Shown in pieces: positions 57,350-64,000 of a DNA stretch of 64,000 bases (positions within the stretch are counted from its first letter, which is position 1; each line of letters starts with the position of its first letter). A program made the position numbers and the translations under genes. This DNA comes from Eledone cirrhosa (lineage: Eukaryota). The notes under the pieces were generated by a model, which saw only the letters and a list, made by a program, of their open reading frames with translations, did not search any database and was not told the origin of the DNA. The DNA lies in assembly GCA_964016885.1 (NCBI GenBank), contig OZ024745.1, forward strand, positions 104,408,001-104,472,000, written 5' to 3'.

Positions 57350-58970
57350 TGAAGAAAAATTGGACTCCCTGACCTATTTTTGCGAAGCAGAAGTCTTCTC
57401 TGTTGTTTAAGAATGCGCTGACTTTATTTCTGTGATCGCTCTTCTCGACAATACGAAGTGTTCCTCTTCCATTATGAATCACCCTAAATTGCGCTCAGGA
57501 AAACAGGATGAAGAGAGCATCGAGAAATTCATGAACACACTTAAACAACTGGCATATTCCAGTCCTGACAGCGAAGCAGCATCGTGATCAATTAATATTA
57601 GATGCCTTTGTTTCCGGCCTTTCCACTTCCAGTATTCGTAAGCGTTTATTAGAGTGCAACGAACAACCATCCTTAGATAAGGTATAAACAATTGCAACTA
57701 CCATGGAGCTTGCAATTGCCGATGCTCAGACGCTGGCTCCAGCGTTATAGGCAACTTCAATTACCGTGTCAGCCGTAAAAAATTCAAAGTGCATGTTCTG
57801 TGAAGTAACACGCCATAGGGACCATATAACGTGCCCTGTAAAGTCCTCGACATGTCGTTATTGCTGAAACAAAAAAGGTGGGGAAGGGGGACTCGGCCAT
57901 TGTTTGTTTATCGAAAAGCAAGAGCTCTTCAAAATCTAAACCTAAGTCAAAAACTTTGGCAATATCTTTGAACAAACCTGACTCTCCAGATGAATTAACT
58001 GACGATAAAGAAATCGATCTATCTGCCATACTAGCAACCTTAAGAAGACAAGGTCGCGGTTTAGTCGACGCCAAATTCAACGGTCATTCCAATCGTGGGT
58101 TAATCGATACCGGATCTGACAACATTTCATAGAACGAGGGTACCTCGAAAGGCACAACATTTCCTACAGTCACCAATCTAATAGAATCTTTATACTAGCT
58201 AATAACTTCTCAGTTGAAGGATAACTGATAGTGGAAATAACGACTATCGATAATTCCTACCCTAATGCTAAAATCTGTTACATGTTCTCCGGTTGCACTT
58301 TGAATGCTTGGATGCGACCTTCTTTCTCGCTACGCTTCAGTTTCCCTTAAATTTGGCGGTACCTTACTGCCTACCTCGTACTGCCTTAGTCTTAAAACAC
58401 TTAACATGGAACCACTGTGTCTCATGACTGGAATTGACGTTGAAAACCTCAAACCAATTTCCACACCGTCAAGAAATAATCGACGATATTAGGACTTCAT
58501 TAAAACCGAGATCAAGCTAAACGAAGGAAACGTTCTGCCCAGTCGAAACCCGTGGTGTGCTCAATGTTTCGTAGCTAACTCCGACAAAAAGCCAAACTTA
58601 GTTATTGATTTCTTCGAAACAATAAACGAACATACAAAATCAGGGGCGTATCCGCACCGCTCAATCGAAGACATGCTCCATAACGTAGCGAGGCATCACG
58701 TATTCTCGATAATTGACATGAAAAACGCCTACCATCAGATCCCGCTCCAACCATCTGGTTATTCCCAAACTGCATTTGAAGTCTCTGGAAACCTTTACGA
58801 ATTCACATATCTGTCGTTCTGGTGCACAAGCGCAGTCTCTATATTCAAGCGAACCATGGATGGTTTTATGACTTTACGTAAATTCTCTCATGACGTGGGC
58901 GACCCATTTAAACCATGCAAGCATGGAAAAATAGACGTTAAACGCTGATAATGATAATGATAATGATGAT
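57350..58970 (+). mobile_element. degraded Gypsy/Ty3 gag-protease-RT remnant ending in an RTE-type tail
   Basis: LIDTGS protease, NPWCAQCFV, LVIDF, FSIIDMKNAYHQIPL, TAFEVSGNLYEF; truncated before YxDD by CCATGCAAGCATGGAAAAATAGACGTTAAACG then (ATAATG)n. Confidence 0.8.
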
Positions 58971-58971
58971 A

Positions 58972-59037
<66 letters not shown>

Positions 59038-59245
59038 AATATTCGGTGAATCCATACGTACATATATATATGTGTGCATGTATGTATATATATACATACT
59101 ACTGTACGTCTGTATACATATATGTATGTACGTGTACATACTTATATTTAAGTAACATCCGTACTAAGAGTGGGAAATGAAATTTCGTTTCATTTTTTCC
59201 GTTTATATCTAGTGTATAAAATATTTTCATATCATTCTACTACAA

Positions 59246-59363
59246 AGGTCTGACGACATGGTGTGTTTTCTTACAGTGTACCTACGATTTATGATAATAT
59301 TTTTATATTATACAAATAGCGAGGTATAGGTAACCCATAACACTATAGAAACAATTGTTACCT
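59246..59363 (+). ncRNA. type I hammerhead ribozyme with ~90-nt stem II region
   Basis: aggt-CTGACGA-c-atggtgt...acactat-a-GAAA-caattg-TT-acct; conserved in the 54218-54334 copy. Confidence 0.65.
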
Positions 59364-59519
59364 AATAAATGCTTTATACCCGCATTTCTGTTTCATAAAC
59401 TTCTTCTTCATATTTTCTCCGGATTTTAAAACACACTTTATTATACGTTGAGCAATCTCCGACGTCGGTTGACTCCATCCAATGCGACTACTTAGTAACA
59501 TTGGAATACAGATTTATTG

Positions 59520-59564
<45 letters not shown>

Positions 59565-59827
59565 GGAAAAAATGAAACGAAATTTCATTTTCCACTCTTA
59601 GTACGGCTGTTACTTAAATATAAGTATGTACACGTACATACATATATGTATACAGACGTACAGTAGTATGTATATATATATATACATACATGCACACATA
59701 TATATATGTACGTATGGATTCACCGAACATTTATTATAATGCTCGGTGTGTTTGTAAACAAACATCCCGTATTAAGCCGTAGTGTCCAGCAACCATCGTT
59801 GCTCGTTTGTTCAACACTGACAGAGGA

Positions 59828-59870
59828 ACGTTGTACTAGTTTCAAGCTTATTAGCTATCGTCAGCAACGT
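59828..59870 (-). ncRNA. minimal type I hammerhead ribozyme
   Basis: Minus strand: acgttg-CTGACGA-t-agct-aata-agct-t-GAAA-ctag-TA-caacgt. Confidence 0.8.
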
Positions 59871-60060
59871 ATACCTTCCTGCCAGATTGTTGAACGTATA
59901 TACTTACCTTATGCATATTAACGGCTGAGTAGCCCAATTTGCATATCGAGTGGGTTAATCGGCCGGGTGCACCGAAAACGATAAACGGAAAAAATGAAAC
60001 GAAATTACATTTCCCACTCTTAGTACGGCTGTTACTTAAATATAAGTATGTATATATATA

Positions 60061-60680
60061 TACAAATGAATATATGATAGGGATAAACACTGATACAAGT
60101 ATACATGTGTTCGCATTGCAAATGACCAAGTTAGCTAGATTGAAAAATACTAATTAAAATAATTGTAAAAGACTATTTTGAGTTTATAACTCTATATATA
60201 ATATTCTCGGCTCCATACGTAGAGCTAATTTTTAGTCCCATAAAACCGGCTGCCATTTTTAGCGGCACGAGTATGAGACAAGCTAAGCGCTGTCACACAT
60301 GTGCGTTCAACAACACATTTCTCTCAGTCTTCTTAAGTATTTTGAAGTGAAACTTACCAATTTCTGGATACCCGCAGAAGAGCACAAGAATAGTAACTTT
60401 CACTTAATTGTTGCGAAACAAATTTAAAATTTGTCCGGGTATCACGGCTATTGCCAATATAGGTTTGTTTTTATTGATTTATTATTTTAAATCGAGACAG
60501 GCAAACCGTATTATTTTAATTAGTATTTTTCAATCTAGCTAACTTGGTCATTTGCAATGCGAACACATGTATACTTGTATCAGTGTTTATCCCATTCATA
60601 TATTCATATTTGTATTACACGGCTCGGAAATATTCCTTTCTTTGAGCTATTTAATTGTAAAAGACTATTTTGGGTTTATA
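60061..60680 (+). mobile_element. PLE-derived fold-back element (family N)
   Basis: About 100-bp inverted arms 60061-60163 and 60510-60615; hammerhead variant in the spacer. Confidence 0.75.
60367..60443 (+). ncRNA. hammerhead ribozyme variant (core CAGAAGA)
   Basis: 8-bp stem I gatacccg/cgggtatc, stem II gca/tgc, GAAA-caaattt-a-aaatttg-TC. Confidence 0.65.
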
Positions 60681-60686
60681 TATATA

Positions 60687-61691
60687 TATACGATATTAAT
60701 AAATGGAAACTATACTTATAAAACCATATTTATTTCATTATACATATTTCAGGGATACCACATTAAATTATGGTATGCCATCATCAGACAAAATACAATA
60801 TATAACAGTTTTATAAATAGCTTTGACGTACCCTTTTAAAATACAACCATTACTTTTGGAGGCTGTCTGGATAGTGATTTGTTTATATTGTTTTAGTAAG
60901 TCATAGTGTTAAGCACAATTAGAAAAAGACGGAAGTTTCTAAACTAAACATATAGTCATTATTGAACAATGTTTAATTTCTCATATTATATATCTATGTC
61001 CCATTCATGAATATTGATACTTATATTTTTATTATTCATTTCATATAAATTGTTAACTCAACTTAATATGACATGACGTGAAGTTTTCATCGTCCCCCCT
61101 CCCTCTCTATATAGTATTTCTCTCTCTTGAGTTTTTCTTTCTGTATGATAACTTCATATCTCTCTGTTGCTTCCCTTTGTTTTTCTTATTTCTTCCTTTT
61201 CTTTCTTTTTTATTTTTTATTTCCTCCTATCTTTATTTATCTCTTTCTTTTCTCCATACATTTCTCCCTCTCTCCGATATTTCTCCAGGTTTTCTTTCTC
61301 TTTCTCTATCTCCGTCTTTGTTCTTTTCTCTCTCTCCGTTTTTTTTTCTTTTTCTTTCTCTCCGTCTTTTTCTAATTGTGCTTAACACTATGACTTACTA
61401 AAACAATATAAACAAATCACTATCCAGACAGCCTCCAAAAGTAATGGTTGTATTTTAAAAGGGTACGTCAAAGCTATTTATAAAACTGTTATATATTGTA
61501 TTTTGTCTGATGATGGCATACCATAATTTAATGTGGTATCCCCGAAATATGTATAATGAAATAAATATGGTTTTATAAATATAGTTTCCATTTATTAATA
61601 TCGTATATCTACTCCAAAAACTTGTCGAGTGCTTTATATCAGTTATAAAAATATTTACTTGTTGTATCCCAACAACTTTAAATAGAACTTT

Positions 61692-61694
<3 letters not shown>
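60687..61694. mobile_element. longest family E fold-back; hammerheads at 60733-60793 (-) and 61501-61561 (+)
   Basis: About 245-bp arms 60687-60932 and 61365-61608, tail to GAACTTTTGC, TA flanks. Confidence 0.85.
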
Positions 61695-61754
<60 letters not shown>

Positions 61755-62659
61755 TTATTTATTTATTAAAATAACAGATTAAAGTTTAAACAAAGAATCG
61801 CTGTTTTCATCCTTAACGGGATCTTCTGAAACTAACAAAGTCAGTCTGTAAACGCAGAAGTGGATATTTCAAAAAACGTTGCAGCCGGAGGAAGACAGGA
61901 AGACGATACTTTGGTTCGTGAAAACGTTCCCTGGCAAAGAACGGGAAAAAACGAATATAATTGTTTCTACTTTTGGCACGAGGCCAGCAATTACCCAGTG
62001 CATTACTGGTACTTTATTTTATCGACCCCGTAAGGATGAAAGGTAAAGTCAACCTCGGCGGGATTTGAACTCAGACCGTAAAGGGACGTAACTACGCCGG
62101 AAAGCATGGCGTCCGACTCTCTACCGATACTGCCAATAATACGTCATTAATAGGAGCGGTGAAAAACAATTACACGCAAAGACAGGACCACGTTTATGGT
62201 ATAAAAGAAGTCGTAGACTAATGTTCTCTTAGGTGGTGCATAGAGACGTTCTCTGGCAATGAACGGAAAAAACGAAGATAATACGTCATATGTGGAGCGT
62301 GGAGAAACAATTGCACACAAAGACAAAACCACGTAAATGGTATAGCTGAAGTCGTAGACTAAAATTCTAACTAGGAAACCGAATGATTCTCCACTTCAGA
62401 GTTAAGAATAAAGTAAATACAATACAATACAGAGGTAATTGAAATGAAATAAATACATACACGCGTCCAAATACGTACATACACAAGCATACGCGAAAAC
62501 ACTCGCCATAGGTATACAAAACCACGCACATATTGTTAGGAATACTTTGATTGTTAGGAATACTTTGATTGTTAGGAATACTTTGATGTTGTCAGCAGGA
62601 ATAGTCTTGGTTCTCATTGGTCAGTGTGTGTGTGTCTGCGTGTATACAAATATATATAT

Positions 62660-63320
62660 ATATATAGTGACGAAACATAAGTCAATTGCATGAACTCATA
62701 ATCCTTTATTTACTGCTATATATATTTCGATGATAGCCATTGAATTGCTAAGACCTCATCGGGCAGTTAGTCAGTTCTTAGATATGCCAGCTCTGTGTTT
62801 ATAGTGTTGATGGTATCAGAGCCTTGGGACATATGAGCTTGTTAGGAATACTTTGATGTTGTCAGCAGGAATAGTCTTGATTCTCATTGGTCAGTTTGTA
62901 GATGGTAGTAGGTTGGTATTTGACCTCAACGAGGCAGTTGGTTCTGTAAGGTTCAAACCGTCAGGCAAGATGACAATAGTTCCACATGACTGATTTTCAC
63001 AAAAGGCATTCTTGGTCAGATATATTTTCAAATAAGGTTAATAGTATGAAATAGATACTACAGGTCATTCTTAAATTGAGGAATTTATGTGGAGTGGTGC
63101 TACTGAAAATTATGGTTGGAGTAGAAAGTTTACAAATAAAAAGGCTTATGTAGGTTGGCTTGCACAACATTCACACCCATCTCCACAGACACACACACAC
63201 ACATCCACACATACAAAAAGTACGGTGGTAATACTTAATATAATGGTTAGAGTCCAATACTTAGATAGTTTAGAAAATTTTGAAATAAAAGGTTTATGCT
63301 GGTTCACTTGTACATACACT
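62660..63320 (-). mobile_element. PLE 3' remnant with a hammerhead variant at 62712-62767 (-)
   Basis: Minus strand ILPDGLN (GIY-YIG C-terminal P.GLN motif); actgc-CCGATGA...GAAA-tatata-TA-gcagt. Confidence 0.55.
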
Positions 63321-64000
63321 CACACCTAGCCCCTCAAACACTCACACATCTACACACACAAATCCATGCAGGTGTGTATATATATATATATGCATGCATG
63401 CATGCATGTACGCACAAGTATACACATATATATAAAATATATATATATACACAGAACATACATATACATAAAATATATACATACAAAATTATAAAAAATA
63501 TATATATACATAGAATACACACATACACACAAAATATATACACACGTAAAACATACATATATATATAAATACACACACACATATACACATATATATATAA
63601 AATATATACATACAGATACGCACACATATATAAAATACGCATACATACACATATAAAATACACATATATATACACATGATACATATATACATATATATAT
63701 AAAATCATTGTTTAGATGACTCCTAACCAGTAGAGGATCCGGTGGACCATCCACCATAGGGACCGCAAACTATGGGTGGTTGTTGTTGTCCATTGGTCAT
63801 TGGTACGGGGTGTAGGGGACCTACCCGGAGGGGGGGGGGGCTTGTGGGAGGCTGTAATCGGGGTTTATCCATATAGCTTGAGGAAAGTTCCCGTCCTTAG
63901 GTGTCTGCAGGCACCGAATAAGTCGGCCCTTCTGTTTAATAGCTTGGTTCCGCCATGAAGAATCTCGAGTGTCTCACTAAGACAGAGGTTGCAAATACCA

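Larger units (their letters stand above)
59033..60052. mobile_element. PLE-type element (family M) with inverted and tandem terminal repeats and a nested second pLTR
   Basis: 59033-59203 is the reverse complement of 59561-59737; 59983-60052 repeats 59561-59630; 59205-59520 is homologous to 54180-54370; related copy at about 43090-43300. Confidence 0.7.

Overview
AT-rich, microsatellite-dense eukaryotic DNA. The repeat content (tRNA-derived SINEs, RTE LINEs, (TA)n/(CA)n/(TATG)n tracts) suggests a coleoid cephalopod, probably an octopus; this is inference. Most of the window is transposable-element debris: over 20 copies of one tRNA-SINE, RTE/CRE/R4-Dong/Tx1-like LINE fragments, Helitrons, mariner-type MITEs, a Gypsy remnant and several Penelope-like elements (PLEs). 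Almost all ORF-track entries are microsatellite artefacts. Two things stand out. (1) A five-exon + strand gene (CDS 24145-24148, 27999-28183, 30774-30896, 31770-31982, 33778-33942; intron phases 1,0,0,0) with a TATA box, Inr and kappaB-like promoter motif. It splices to a 229-aa predicted secreted helical protein whose exon layout resembles IL-6/G-CSF/GH-type long-chain four-helix cytokines. (2) About 23 type I hammerhead ribozyme motifs from roughly a dozen PLE families, mostly in short fold-back elements with family-specific fixed ends sitting in (TA)n tracts. A further family with the same architecture carries a complete tRNA-like cloverleaf. All calls were made by eye; TE boundaries are approximate.
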